Under the pieces are notes generated by a model. It was not told the origin of the DNA and made no database searches. It saw nothing but the letters and a program-made list of their open reading frames with translations. A DNA stretch of 64,000 nucleotides from the human T2T-CHM13v2.0 reference genome, Homo sapiens. Both the position numbers and the translations under genes were made by a program. Below, piece after piece: positions 42,491-55,832 of the stretch. Each line of letters begins with the position of its first letter. The stretch's first letter is position 1. The stretch lies in the NCBI RefSeq assembly GCF_009914755.1, contig NC_060940.1. One strand, 5' to 3'.

Positions 42491-43357
42491 CATAGTGGGA
42501 CACTTCTAATGGAATGACCACTTATACACCTCTGGGTTTGTTAGCCTTTGCCCCAGCTCTGGTCCAGTTTCAGGACAAAACACCCATATGCCTTGTAGAC
42601 CAGGTCTAAGAAAAGCATGTTCACTTGATCTTCTATACTTTTTTTTTTTTTCCAATAACAGTGTATACTAGACTGGCAGTGTGAAGATACAACAGCAAAT
42701 AAGCAGTTGCAAGGCTGCCATGTTTATAGTTTATTATAATCTGTAGAAGTAGAAGGAACTTACCAATACTCTAGTTTTAAAGCTTTATTAAAATCATGAG
42801 GCTATTGAGGCTCGGAGTGGCTACATAGCTTCTCGCATCTCACCTGGGAGAATGGGGAAAGACGGAATGGGAGCTAAAGTTGTCCAGATCCCGTGGCTGG
42901 TGCTCTTGGTTCCAAGTGACTCTCTGACACAAATAAATCATCTTCATCATACCACTCATTCTTTCATATTTCATATAGGATTTCTCTGGGACTTGATAAG
43001 ATAGTTTGCTCAGTGTATTAGCCCTTCCCGGGTTATTTGACTTTCCTCGATTCCTACATTTGTGGAACACCCATGAGCAAGAAGAGGCCCAGCATCTTCA
43101 CAACTCTATGGTTTTAATGTGATGGGCAAACATTGTTCCATGAAAGAACAGTATCTAAGCCCTTATCTAATTGATACACTGTCTTAATTAAGGCTTATTT
43201 GGCAGGCTGAAATAAATTGGGGGATTTATTCAAAAGCTCCTGGGTAGTCCATGAAGTTGATGCAATGGTTAGGTCGAAACTTGGCAAGGAAGAGACCCAC
43301 AGAAGCTCTGGAGACTCCCTTAGTAGGAGCAGAAGGCCATAAAACTTGACTCTGGAG

Positions 43358-43860
43358 TCATGCTGTCCAGTACAGTAGCCGCTGGCTGTTAAGTTTAAAT
43401 GCAAAATTAAAATTAAATGTAATGTGGCTCACACCTGTAATCCCTGCACTTTGGGAGGCCAAGGCAGGCAGATTGCCTGAGCTCAGAAGTTCAAGACCAC
43501 GCTGGACAACATGGTGAAACCCTGTCTCTACTAAAATACAAAAAATTAGCTGGGCATGGTGGTGCACGCCTGTAGTCCCAGCTACTCGGGAGCTGAGGCA
43601 AGAGAATCGCTTCAGCCCAGGAGGCGGAGGTTACAGTGAGCGGAGATCACATCACTGCACTCCAGCTTGGGCTACAGAGTAAAACTCCATCTCAAAAAAA
43701 AATGTTAAATGTAATGTAATGGAAGTTAATGGAAATAAAATTGGAAATACAGTTTCTCCAGCATGCTAAGCACCTTTCAAGTGCACAATAGTCACCATGT
43801 TGGGTAGTGCAGGTTAGAAATCATTTTCCATCATTGCAGAAAGTTCTATTGTAGAGCACT
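43358..43860. mobile_element. MER3-type hAT-Charlie element split by an Alu
   Basis: GCTGTCCAGTACAGTAGCC...TTTCAAGTGCACAATAGTCAC...CCATCATTGCAGAAAGTTCTATTG. Confidence 0.75.
43424..43702 (+). mobile_element. AluS, slightly 5'-truncated
   Basis: Starts GTGGCTCACACCTGTAATCC; TTAAATGTAATGT repeated at both ends. Confidence 0.9.
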
Positions 43861-45147
43861 TCTCTCCACTGATGCCATTAAAGTGCCTCTATCCTGGACT
43901 CCCATGCTCTGTCACATTATTTCAGCTTTCTAATTTACAGTAGAGAGAATATGATAAGCCAGGTTGAGATCTGTGTCTGCATTCTGGAACAATCCACTAT
44001 GATCAAGGAGGACGAAATCATTTAATACAGGCCTGGCTGGGCATCCTTCACTGAGGCAGGTGATATAAGGGATTCTTCTGTGAAAAGGGTATGGGAGTAC
44101 AGTCATGTTACCTCCTAGACTCATCAAAGCTGGTGTCTCAACAATTCTATCTTGTGTCTGTGTAATGCCTCCCAGGACTTCCCCGTTCAACTCTCATGAC
44201 TCTCAACAATAGCCTGAGATCATAAAGTGGACAATTGAAGTAAAGAAAAGCTCTGCCCAAGATTGTGGAACAAGAGAGTGGTAGACCTAGGGCTTCAATC
44301 CACTTCCTGTGTCTTGTCTGGTACATTCATAATGTCTTCTTCCACATTCCTCTTTTTAAAATGTAATTTATTGGAAGGATATTTTTATTTATTTTCTTAT
44401 TGTTCATCTTGGGCAGCCTTCTTGAAACATCCTAATAAATCTCACTCCTCTTTAACGAGCTGCATTGAGCCTATTAACAGGAAAAATAAAAACAAACCAC
44501 TATTATGTATCTTCATCTCAAGGTGTGACCCAGTCAATTCAGGCCCAAGAAGATGAATGGATCATTTTTTTTAATCTAGAGAACGCTCTGAATGCATGAT
44601 GTGTTTTTTAGGACACAAATTCAAAGGAGGCACAGAGAAGTCAGCAGAAGCTTCATTTAGGGGCCTTTGTCTCTTCCATGAAAAGAGTCTGCACTAACAA
44701 CAGAAACTGAATGCACAAAACTAATTATTGGAGTTGTATTTAATTAACCTGGCCTACTAATGTAATCCCTGGAACATTTGTTCATCTGCAGAAGTGTTAT
44801 CTTCAGGAGCAAATCATCATTGGCTTTTTCACATTCATTGGGTCTACATTGATGGAGCATCATCAAATCCTTGCATGCCATGGAGGTTTGCACATCTAGG
44901 TTGATAAGAAGGCTGGGGGAGTGAGTTTCTTCATCTGCCCCTAGTTTCTACATCATTCTTTAGGTTTTCTCACAGAACACTCAGGTCTCTTCTAGGTATA
45001 CCCACCTGTACAGCAATGTGACCATGGTGTCTAAACTCCCTGCATAACCTGGCCCAAAGACACTCCCAGCCCATGAGCTATAACGCACCCACCTATCCAC
45101 ACAGCAGTGCCATTCTAAGGATACATCCACCTGAAAACCCTCCAAGG

Positions 45148-45592
45148 TAGCAGGTTCTCAGCCTTGACTGCACATTAGAATTGCCTGTGGAGCTTTTAAA
45201 AAGACCCAGTTGAGCTGTACTCCAGACCAATTAAATCAGAAGGTTTGAGGGTGGGATCAGAATCAGTGATTCTTAAAGCTCCCCAGGTGACTGCAAAGAC
45301 TAGTTGAGTGGCAAGTTAGTGGCCGGCAGTATGTGCATAACCTGGAGCTTGTTAGATGTGCAGAACTGCTGACCCCACTTTAGACCTACTGAAAGGGAAT
45401 CTATATTTTAACAGGCTGCCCCAGGTGACTTATCTGTGTATTAAAGATTAAGAAGCACAGCCCAACCAGGGTTCTCAAGCTCATGCATGCATCAGAATAG
45501 CACCTTCAGAGCCTGCTAAAATGCAGATTGCTGGGTCCCATCCCCAGAGTTATTAAATCACAAGGTCTAGAGTAAGGCTTGAGAATTTGCTC
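45148..45592. mobile_element. Cluster of three abutting MER5A/MER5A1/MER5B-like elements (the last continues at 47823-47915)
   Basis: GGTTCTCAGCCTTGACTGCACATTAGAAT; CCTGGAGCTTGTTAGATGTGCAGA...AGACCTACTGAA; AAAATGCAGATTGCTGGGTCCCATCCCCAGAGTT. Confidence 0.7.
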
Positions 45593-47822
45593 TTTAATTA
45601 TAATTTCAACTTTTATTTTAGATACAGGGGTATATGTCCAGGCTTGCTACATGAGCATATTGCATCTAGGTGGTGAACATAATACCCATTAGGTAGTCTT
45701 TCAACCCACGCCCCCTTCATTCCTTTGCCCTTTAGTGGTCCACAGTGTCTATTATTACCATGTTTATGTCCACATGTCCTCAATGTTTAGCTCCCGCTTA
45801 TAAGTGAGAACATATGGTGTTTGGTTTTATGTTCCTGCATTAATTTGTTTAGGATTATGACCTCCATCTCCATCCATGTTGCAGCAAAGGACATGATTCC
45901 ATTCTTTTTATGGCTGTGTAGTGTTCCATGTTTCCATGGTACATATGTACCACATTTTCTTTATCCAATCCACCATTGATGGGCACCTGGGTTGATTCTA
46001 TGTCTTTGCTAATGTGAATAACTTGGCAATAAACATACAAGTGCATGTGTCTTTTTGGTATGATGATGTTTTCCTTTGGGTATCTGCTCAGTAAAGGGAT
46101 TGCCAGGTTGAAGTTTGAATGGTAGTTCCGAGTTCTTTAAGAAATCTCCAAACTGCTTTCCACAGTAGCTGAACTAATTTACATTCCCACCAACCGTGTA
46201 TGTGTTCCATTTTCTCTGCAGATTCAACCAGCATCTATTGTTTTTGACATTTTAATAGTAACCATTCTAACTGGTGTGAGATGGTATCTCATTGTGGTTT
46301 GAATTTGCATTTCTCTGATGATTAGTGATGATAAGCATTTTTCCATATGTTTTTGTCCATTTGTATATCTGCTTTTGAGAAGTGTCTGTTCATGTCTTTT
46401 GCACATTTTATAATGGGGTTATTTGTTTTTGCTTGTTGATTTGTTTAAGTTCCTTATATATTCTGGATATTAGGCCTTTGTTGGGTGCATAGTTTACAAA
46501 TATTTTCTCCCATTCTATAGGTTTTCTGTTTATTCTGTTAGTTTCTTTTGCTATGCAGAAGCTATTTAGTTTAATTAGGTCCCACTTGTCAATTGTTGTT
46601 TTTCTTACAATTGCTTTTGGGGACTTTGCCAAAAATTATTTGCCAAGGCCAATATTGAGAAGGGTATTTCCTAGGTTTTCTTTTAGGATTTGTATAGTTT
46701 GAGGTCTTCTGTTTAAATCATTAATCAATTGTGAGTTAATTTTTGTATAAGGTGAAAGGTAATGGTCTAGTTTCATTCTTCTGCATATGGCTAGCCAACT
46801 ATCCCAGCACCATTCATTAAATAGGGAGTCCTTTACCCATTGCTTATTTTTGTTGGCCTTGTCTAAAATCAGATGGTTGTAGGTGTGTGGCTTTATTTCC
46901 GAGTTTTCTATTCTGTTCCATTGGTCTATGAGTCCGTTTTTCTAACAGTACCATGCTGTTTTAGTTACTGTACCTTATAGTGTAGTCTGAAGTCAGGGCG
47001 TGTGATATCTCTGGCTTTGTTCTTTTGCTTAGGATTGTTTGGCTATTTGGGCTCTCTTTTTGTTTCATACAAATTTTAGAGTAGTTTTTTCTAAATCTGT
47101 TAAGAGTGATGTTGGCAGTTTGAAAGGAATGATGTTGAATCAGTAAATTGATTTAGGCAATATGGCCATTTTAATAATATTGAGTCTTCCAGTCCATGAG
47201 CATGGAATGTTTTTTTCCATTTATTTGTGTCATCTCCAGTTTCTTTCAGTAGCGTTTTCTAATTCTCCTTGTGGAGATCTTTCATCTCCTTGGTTAGCTG
47301 TATTCCTAGGTATTTCATTTTCTTTGTGGCTTTTGTAAATGGGGTTGTGTTCTGACTTTGATTCTCAGCCTGGATGCATTGGTGTATAGAAATGCTACTG
47401 ATTTTTGTACATTAATTTTGTATCCTTAAACCTTGGTAAAATCATTTATTAGTTCTAGTAGCCTTTTGGCAGAGTCTTTAGGGTTTTCTAAGTATAAAAT
47501 CAAATCGACAGCAAAGAAAAATAGTTTTATTGCTTCTTTTCCTACTTGGATGCCTTTTATTTCTTTCTCTTGCCTGATTGCTCTGGCTAGGACTTCCAGT
47601 ACTGTGTTGAATAGGAGTGGTGAGAGTGGGCATCTTTGTCTATTCCAGCTCTCAAGGGGTATGGTTCCAAGTTTTGCCCATTCAGTATGATGTTGGGATG
47701 AGTTTGTCATGAATGGCTCTTGTTATTTTGAGGCATTCTCCTTCAATGCCTAGTCTGCTGAGGGTTTTTATCATGAAGGGATGTTGGATTTTATTAAATG
47801 CATTTTCTGTATCTATTGAGAT
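45593..47822 (-). mobile_element. 5'-truncated L1PA15/16- or L1PB-like LINE-1 inserted in a MER5 element
   Basis: ORF2 peptides [62 protein letters not shown]; approximate TSD GAGAATTTGCTCTTT / GAAAATTTGCTTTTCT. Confidence 0.9.
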
Positions 47823-47959
47823 GAAAATTTGCTTTTCTAACAGTGATGTGATGCTGGCGATCCCAGGTGAGGATGATATCACACAGAGATCACATTTTCA
47901 GATACACTGCTCTCTAAAGCACATATAACATTATCCCCAAATCTTTTTTTCTCCCAGTA

Positions 47960-48370
47960 ATGTTTTATGAGGACATAATAATATATTGAAACACAGAGAA
48001 TATTGCAGTTACTAAGGAGATACAATCCCTGACTTCACGGAACTTAAATCCTAGAAAAGGTCCAGACAATAAACAAGAAAATAACTAAATAACTGAAATG
48101 AAAATTACAGATCATTTAAAGTTTTTATGAAAGGTATATTAATATATACTGAGTGGCGAGACAGTGGGTGGCTAGGAAATACCATTGTAGATCAAGTGGT
48201 CAGGGATGAGCTCTAAGAAGGAATTGCATTGAGCAAAGACCTCATGAGTGAGTTGGTGAGTACAGCAAAGGACAGGAGGGATAGATTCAGGGCAGAAGGA
48301 AAAGCAAACATAAGTGCCCAGATTCAGGGTGGGCTCGCCACACTCCAAGTAGGATGAAGAGTCCAGGGGA
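47960..48370 (-). mobile_element. L2 fragment
   Basis: ATCCCTGACTTCACGGAACTTAAATCCTAG...GTGGTCAGGGATGAGCTCT..GAAGG. Confidence 0.55.
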
Positions 48371-49058
48371 TAGATTTCCCTCTCCATCTCCTAGATCCAC
48401 ACTCTATTGGCTGTGTGATTTGGAGAATGGAACTTTTTTTTCCTCTTGGCTTGTTTATTCATCAAGCTTTCCTTATAGGATTCTTTGGAAGATTAAAATT
48501 CCATCAAAAACTTAATTCACACTTTTTGCACACAAAAGTTACACTTGCTTGCTGATACCAATTTCTTCACTGGGGAAAGAAAGCAGAACTTGCCAACAGT
48601 GAGTGAGACATCCCTCTTCACTGAACCCCATAATGGAGACATAAGATGGATGAGATGTTTTCTCTGCCATCAGAAAACCCCCAGCCACATAGGAAGGAAA
48701 ACAGCAGGAGGAAAGAGAGAAGACTCAAGAGACAAAGAGAGCAATGATAGCTGCATGGATTTGGACTGGAGAGTAGAACACAGGGGTATCCCAAGGACTG
48801 GAGCAGTTCAGGAAGGATCTTGAAAGATGCAGAACTTCAGGCAGGCCTTAAATGAAGAGTTTAAGCCCTTAAATGAAGGGCTATAATAAGAGGATACAGG
48901 CAAGGGGACCCTATAATTTTGCCTACATGTTTTATTGAAGAGCTAGATGCATGCATCTGAAGATGACAGTACCAGACAAATGTCAAACACCTTCCAGAGT
49001 TTATGGACCTCATTAGTTAGGCCAAATATTTTCACTTCTCATCTCTGTCCTTGACTTC

Positions 49059-49438
49059 TGCTGTGAACTGAATTGTGTTCCCTCCAAATTCTTATGTTCA
49101 AGCCCCAACCCCCAATGTGACTATATTTCAAGACAGGACTTTTAGGAGGTTATTAAGATTAATAATAACCTCATAAGAATTGGGCGTCATGTCCTTATAA
49201 CAAGAGGAAGAGACACCAGAGCTCTCTCTTTCTCTGTACTTATAACTTGCGCTATATTGGCACAAATACAGTGTGAATGCACACATCTCCAAGCCAGGAA
49301 GAGAGCCCTTTGCCGGAATCCAAACCCTGCCATGCATTGATCTTGGACTTTCCAGTTCCCAGAATAGTGAGAAAATACATTTCTATTGTTTAAGCCCCCT
49401 AGTCTATAGTATTTGTTGTGGGACCCCAATCTAAGACA
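49059..49438 (+). mobile_element. MLT1A0/MLT1B-like MaLR solo LTR
   Basis: GAACTGAATTGTGTTCCCTCCAAATTC...CAAGCCAGGAAGAGAGCCCT...TTGATCTTGGACTT...CTAAGACA. Confidence 0.85.
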
Positions 49439-50417
49439 CTTTCCAGGAAGCATAAAGACGAAATTAATTCCCATTTAGTGTAAATATAGTGGCACAAGTT
49501 TTATAAATAATGACTTTCATCTTTCATCCACAAACTTAATGGTATAATATTAACTATTTTTTAAAATTATCTTAAGTAGGAAGTTTTTTGTCTTATTTCC
49601 CGCCAGACCTAGATTTGAAAGTTCCACATTTCTGGCTTTGAAAGAAGAATTCTTCAAGTAACTAAGCATTCATTTTCTTATATAAAATGGAGATTATAAA
49701 AAATGGCTATTTTTGAGCTTGTTGTATCACATTAGAAAGAAAATGATAGGTGGAAGTGAAGGAATTAGCTCTTAGTATATGGTAAGTGTTCCATAAGTGC
49801 TGGTTTCCTCTCCTCCTGCACTATGTGGCTTACCCCGGACTGAACAACACAACTATCCTATATATGATTGGAAAATGACATTCCCACATGAAAGGCTTCG
49901 CTGAGGTTCAGACTCTGGCTCCCTCCCATCCCCGACCCCAGTTAAATGTTGCATAAATGATCCCCAGCCCACACACATTTTTTACCCTAGCTGGCCTCTA
50001 GGTAAATAACAGCTGCCATTGTCTTCTATTAGGCTTATTAGAGATGTTTTATCATCCAAGCCCCTATAGTTGCACAACTATAAACAAAATAGCCTTACCA
50101 GGGGAATCTGTGGCTCTGTCTTCATGGGTCCTGAAACTGATGAGTGAATTGTCAGTGCTTGTGAGCCCTGCAGCCTTGTGTCAGGGGAATCCTCCTCTTC
50201 CTGATTTGGATGTTCTCTGGTATTTATTATGTTTGGAATGTCAAAGAATATTCCACAACCCCACTTCCCTTCTTGTCTTTAACTCTCTGTGATCCCAAAA
50301 GGAACACCTTTAGCCAACAGCTGTTCATAAGTGAGTAATGAAAAAAATGTATTTAGAGTGCTCTCTTAAAAGCCTAAGAGAACAGAAAGGCAGCCATGAA
50401 GCTGGGGTTGTTCTTGA

Positions 50418-50620
50418 AAGCCTGACCAGTTAGCTCAGTGTATAGGAGTGAGGGTTATTGTAACCCAATTCCGTGAGGATGTGTGAGTATGAGGAGTCCA
50501 CCCCACTCATGCCCAAGATCCATCTGCAGCCCCCAGACTGATCAGGTTGACCTCACATGTAGAAGCTAGTGCACATCTGAGAAGCTCAGTGACAGCTAGG
50601 GTGCAGACGCCAAATTGATA
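50418..50620 (+). mobile_element. Possible tRNA-derived ancient SINE relic (MamSINE1-like)
   Basis: GCCTGACCAGTTAGCTCAGTG resembles a tRNA 5' arm/A-box, but no complete cloverleaf is present. Confidence 0.3.
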
Positions 50621-51044
50621 CCCAGGTGCTGATCTGAGAACCTTCACTGGGCTAAAATGTTTGAAACGTCTGTACCTAGCTCTCATGGTGCCTACTTCTC
50701 AACATCTGTTCCTGGGTCTAACTTCAGGAGCTGGGTCTGTTTCAGGGCTAGCTCTGAATTGGAGCTGTGGGTTTCTGGTGCATCCGGCAGTTAACATCTG
50801 TGTCTGGCCACTGTAGGTGCCAGATATAATCTTCTTATGCTCCTCTATGCTGTAGTGCAGCTGATACTTTTGGTACTTGTGTCACATCCTCCTGACCTGC
50901 CTCTGATTTCAGCCACAGCTGTGGTGGACAGATCTATTTACTCTGAGAACCTCCACCTTAATTAAAGCACAGGGCAGAGGGTCCAGGTGGATATCTTATC
51001 CCAGCCCCAGCTGTACAGCTATAGATACAGAGACAGCAATAGAG

Positions 51045-51190
51045 ATCTTAAAGTGGGGTTTATGGACTAGCATCATAGGTTTTACCTGAGAGATCTCAGA
51101 TCCGATACCAGACCTACTGGATCATATTCTGCATTGTACAAAGAGCCCTAGAGTCTTTTCAAGCATGCAAAAATTTGAGAAATACTGGTC
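51045..51190. mobile_element. MER5-type fragment
   Basis: CTTAAAGTGGGGTTTATGGACTAGCATCA...CCAGACCTACTGGATCA...TTTGAGAAATACTGGTCT. Confidence 0.6.
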
Positions 51191-52545
51191 TGGATTATTT
51201 TATGTCTCTGTAAAGTGTCTGACTCATCAAGCCTCTCCCCACTCACCCTTCATTCTGGATAATGATGGTGGCCCTAATATGAAATGGAGTAGACAAGACT
51301 CTTTTTTTAAAAGGAAAGGGAGAAACTGCCTCATGCTGTTCCCATGTTGTATTTCATTGTCAAACATCAAGAATCATTCAATTAATTAACTTGGAAAACA
51401 AAGTTACTTTAAATTATTGAATGCAGGTTCATTCTGGTGCTTAAACACCAGCAGTGCCAGAAAGAATAATTTCCTGAAAGCTTCCTATTGCCACAGAAAG
51501 GAAGTCATTCTTGAGGAAAAAATAACAGCTCTAATATAATCGCTTTTCATTTGCACTCATTCAGGAAGTTGCCAAATGTTTGCACTCACTCATTTGATCA
51601 AAAAGTTGCTTTCTTGCTACAATTAAAATGTATGATGGCTGCTCCGTTAGCCACTTCATGACACTGGTCCAGACATTGAGAATTTTCCAGCTAAACTTCT
51701 CTGTTATGAATAGGCTTTAGGCTGTTGAAGCTGGGATAGGCATTACGCATGAATCTGGACCAAATCCTTTATTTTATAAGAAATACACACAGTGTGTAGG
51801 CAGACACACACACATACCCAGAGGCTTCAAGGTGCTTGAAGGAATTGATCCACTGGAATTCTATTACAAACCCTTCAATTCTGAATACAAGGCTCTTCCT
51901 ATGTTTTTTAAAAATATATGAATGTTTCTTTGATCAAAAGAAAAATCGACAGCTAAGAAAAACCAGTTCATTCGATCCTTATCTATCTATCTATCAGTGA
52001 CTGTTTGAAACCAAAGAATATTCATTTGAGCAAATTCAGATATCCTCAGTATATGACTTTTATCTATTGTAATAATTTTCCATGCAAGTTCTGTAAACGA
52101 TGACTAACATCTGTCTCTCTCTGTCATGGCATTAGGGATTATTCATTCCCTTGAGGTTGGGCTAGTTTTGTTCTTCTGGATTACCTATAATTATATTCCA
52201 AAGATAGTTTGCTAGGCATAATTTATTATCTTTTCTCTGTAAATAAACACTACTTCTGAGTCCTCAGTGACTTCTAGTTCCTGCCTGCCTTTACATATTT
52301 TGGGAGCAGCAAAAGGAGACCTTCTAGTTTGGTTCTCAGAAGCCCCAGCAATCACCCTACAGGCCTCTGGCTCTGATTTACTCCAGCTCTTAAAAATCAT
52401 CCTTTTACAAGGTAGGTTTACAGGAAACTACCTATTGCCAAGTTCACCAAGTTATAAGGGAGGAAATGCATAGGATCACACAGAGGCAAACCCCACAAAT
52501 TAAAAGAGGGGAGAAGTCACATCTCCTAATACAAGTGATACCTCT

Positions 52546-52943
52546 TGTATTGGTCTGTGCTCACACTGCTGTAAAGAACTACCTGAGACTGAGTAACTTA
52601 TGAAGAAAAGAGGTTCGATTGACTCACAGTTCTGTAGGCTTAACAGGAAGCATGACTTGGGGGGCTTCAGGAAACTTACAATCATGGAAAAGGTGAAGGG
52701 AAAGCAAGCACCTTTTTTCACATGGTGACAGGAGAGAAAGAGAGTGAAGAGGAACATGCTACATGCTTTTAAACAGTCAGATCTCGTGAGAATTCAATCA
52801 TGAGCCAGCACTCAAAGGATGGTGCTAAACCATTAGAAACCACCCCCATGATCCAATCACCTCCCACCAAGTCTCTCCCTCAACACATGGGGATTACAAT
52901 TTGACATGAGATTTGGGCGGGGACACGGAGCCAAACCGTATCA
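52546..52943 (-). mobile_element. MSTA-like MaLR solo LTR
   Basis: TGTATTGGTCTGTGCTCACACTGCTGTAAAGAACTACCTGAGACTG...GCCAAACCGTATCA; TSD CCTCT / CCTCC. Confidence 0.85.
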
Positions 52944-53970
52944 CCTCCTTATCTCAACCAAAATATTTTTACAGTATATGCATTGCCAATTCTGACCACC
53001 ATTACAACCCCATAATATGGGCAAGTCTGACGCATTGAACTCCATTTTATGGAAAAACAAACAAAAACAATAAAAGTTTGAGACTCGGAGAGTGAGAGAG
53101 ACAGAAGAAGAGAGGACTTGTCTGCCCACAGAGTCACCCTTTCAGTGTCTACTGAGAGCTCTGGTCTGAATGATTCTATGGCTGAGAAAATGTCTGATCC
53201 CAAGAAGTACATCAGCCCCCATCTGCTCACCCCCATTCCAGATCTTTCCAGACTGACTGCGCTGAAGAACTGAAATGGTGTGTATATGTAAATGGACCTG
53301 AAAGGCAGTGGTTCTTCAATACATGGCATTTCTTATGATACAGCCACCATATGTGGAACATGATTATTTATAACACTAAATTCTGTCTTCTCAGCTGCAG
53401 GTTGCTTGTTCTCCCTTTAAAATCACATACATGCAGCTTATTTGACCACTAATACATTGTGATAGCTCAGAGCAAGTCCTCACAAATGGAACTTGCCCTC
53501 TAATTATTCAGAAATATAATGAAACCCATCATCAATCTCCAGGTCGGAGATACCCTGGGACCCCAGCAGCAGCCCTGGCATTTACTCTCAAGCCGCAGTC
53601 ACTTGGATGAGAATTGTGGCAGATGCTCAGGTCCCCACCACAGCTGACCCAGGGCTAAACGAACCCCTCCGGGATATGTCTCTGTCTGTTGCATGCTGGG
53701 AAGACAGGGGTTTTCTATCATTGCTATGAGTCCAGGGAACCCCCAACACATACACACATGTTCACATACTCACATCCGTAAGATAAATCAATCCATCTGC
53801 TTAAGAATCAGACTAAGAAGGAAGGGCCCTTAAGCTACTATTCCAAACACTGCCACATAATCACAAAAGATAAACTTGTTTGTCTCACCACTTCCAATGA
53901 ATCATGAGCTCTAATTTGTAGTGATGACTGGAGCTGCTGTGCCTCTTCTTACTCTGTCCTTTACTCTCTT

Positions 53971-55257
53971 TGTTTTAGTCTCTGCTAAGCCCTGTACTGG
54001 GCAGTAGGGTGAATGAGATGGGCATCACTGGCCCCTTCTCAGAAAGAGAGACAAACTGCACACAAACTCCCTTGCATAGACACTAAAAATACCAGGTGGA
54101 GATAGCCCCACTCACTGGGAGCTGGGCACCATGCCAAGTTCCTACATCATTCATGGGCCTCACCTAGCCAAGACCTCACCCCAGCCTATGAGGCAGGCTC
54201 TGCTGTCATCTCCATTTTGCAAATGAAGAAACCGAGGCTTGGAGATGTTTATGGACTTTGCTTAAGTATAGCCAGAGTCGTCCATGCTCTGGTCATCCTA
54301 CCATATAGAGGTAACCACAGAGTGTTACAGGGACACGGAGGAGGGGCTCAAGCTGAGAATGATAGAGGTGAAGTAGAGTCTGAATAGGCTCCCTGCAAAA
54401 GATAATAAATACATGAGATCAGTGGCTGAAAAATGAGCAGGAATTAGGCAAGGAAAGGAGGGTGGAGACAGCATCGCAGCAGAGAGAGCACGGCATGGGC
54501 AAAGGCATGGTAGGGAGAGCAGAGGGAGATCCCAGGTCAGTTCCCAGGCTGCACACCAGTCATCCCTGAGGGAGGGAGAGTGGATGTGGAAGAAAGGGAG
54601 GAGGGGAGTGAGAGAGGGTAGAGCAGTCTCAGGAAGGGGCTCACTCAGCCATGGAAGGCAGTGATGTGGTGATGGCAGGTGAGGGGAACTAAGTCCCACA
54701 GGAGAGAAATGTGGGGCTGTTTCCGGTATTCTGATGTAATAGGACCCTACCTCCCTTCTATACACACACCCTAAGCAAGTAGTCACAGAGGGCTGGAGAT
54801 CCAAACAGAGCCACGCGGGCTCAGGAAAGGCAGCCAGATAGATGGGGATGGGGGCTGCAGCATATGGTTCTAAGGGGCACTTCCAGGGTGGAAGAATATT
54901 TTTGTTCCAGTTTTCAAAGAGCTGAAGGGCTCATGAGAAACAGCCCACAGAGGCATGTGGAGCAAGAGATGGAGGCTTTTCTTGCAGACCCAGGCTACTC
55001 TGGGGCCCGGTGGTCACAAGGACATTGGATGACCAGAATTCTGAATAGGAGAGAGGGTCTGAGACCAGCTCCAGTAGTCCTGGGCAGAGCCTGCAGTTGC
55101 TTCTGGGGCTCAGCCCAGTGCACACTCAGAGTCCAAGGCTCTGTTTTAGTCTCTGCTAAGCCCTGTATCGGGCAGTAGGTAACTGAGACGAGCATCACTG
55201 GCCCCTTCTCAGAAAGAGAGACGAACTGCACACAAACTCCCTTGCATAGACACTAAA
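53971..55257 (+). repeat. Dispersed direct duplication of about 117 bp (53971-54087 and 55142-55257)
   Basis: TGTTTTAGTCTCTGCTAAGCCCTGTA...CACAAACTCCCTTGCATAGACACTAAA in both copies; about 8 differences by hand alignment. Confidence 0.9.
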
Positions 55258-55832
55258 GACAGACATCCAGATACCCTTTTCTCTGGGTCAATGAAAGGCA
55301 GGAGGGCCCAGACCAGATACTGCTCAGATGCTTTCTCTAAGTGGAACCTCTCTGCACAAGATGCCTGTAATGCCCTCTAAGTGAGCATGAAAGAAGGAGC
55401 TGACAGTTCTGGGTCACTAGCACTGTCCCCAGATGTAGATACAGGCAATGTGTGACAAGGGAGGACTGGAGGAGGAGGTGAGGTCCTGGGGAGGGCTGGG
55501 GAAGGGGGATTCTCCCCATGAGGGTCATTCCCTCAGTGATGCGGTAAAGATGGTAGTAGTAGCAGAAGGTCGTGGAGAGGGAGATGGGGTGCAGCCTCCT
55601 CTTCACCTGGGAAAGCTCCGGAAAGACAGCCAGGGAGCCCAGTGTGCACCTGAGGTGGGCCTGTTCTTGAGGGAATAGAAGAATACTACAAAATGAGAAC
55701 AAGGAAAGAGCTGAGGAGGCAGGACAGGGCTCAGAGGCACAGCAGCAGCCCAGTCACCCTGAGCCCTTCTGAGCGAAATGTAGACGATTGCAGAAATCAG
55801 AGTGTAGAGCAGACAGATTTCATCTCCCATGA

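Noticed and set aside
50418-50500. tRNA-like 5' sequence (CCAGTTAGCTCAGTG)
   Set aside because: No T-arm GTTCRA B-box or acceptor stem; at most an ancient SINE head.
53971-55257. GTTTTAGTCTCTG resembles the start of a type II CRISPR repeat
   Set aside because: Only two copies, inside a 117-bp duplication 1.2 kb apart in primate DNA, with no spacers and no cas genes.
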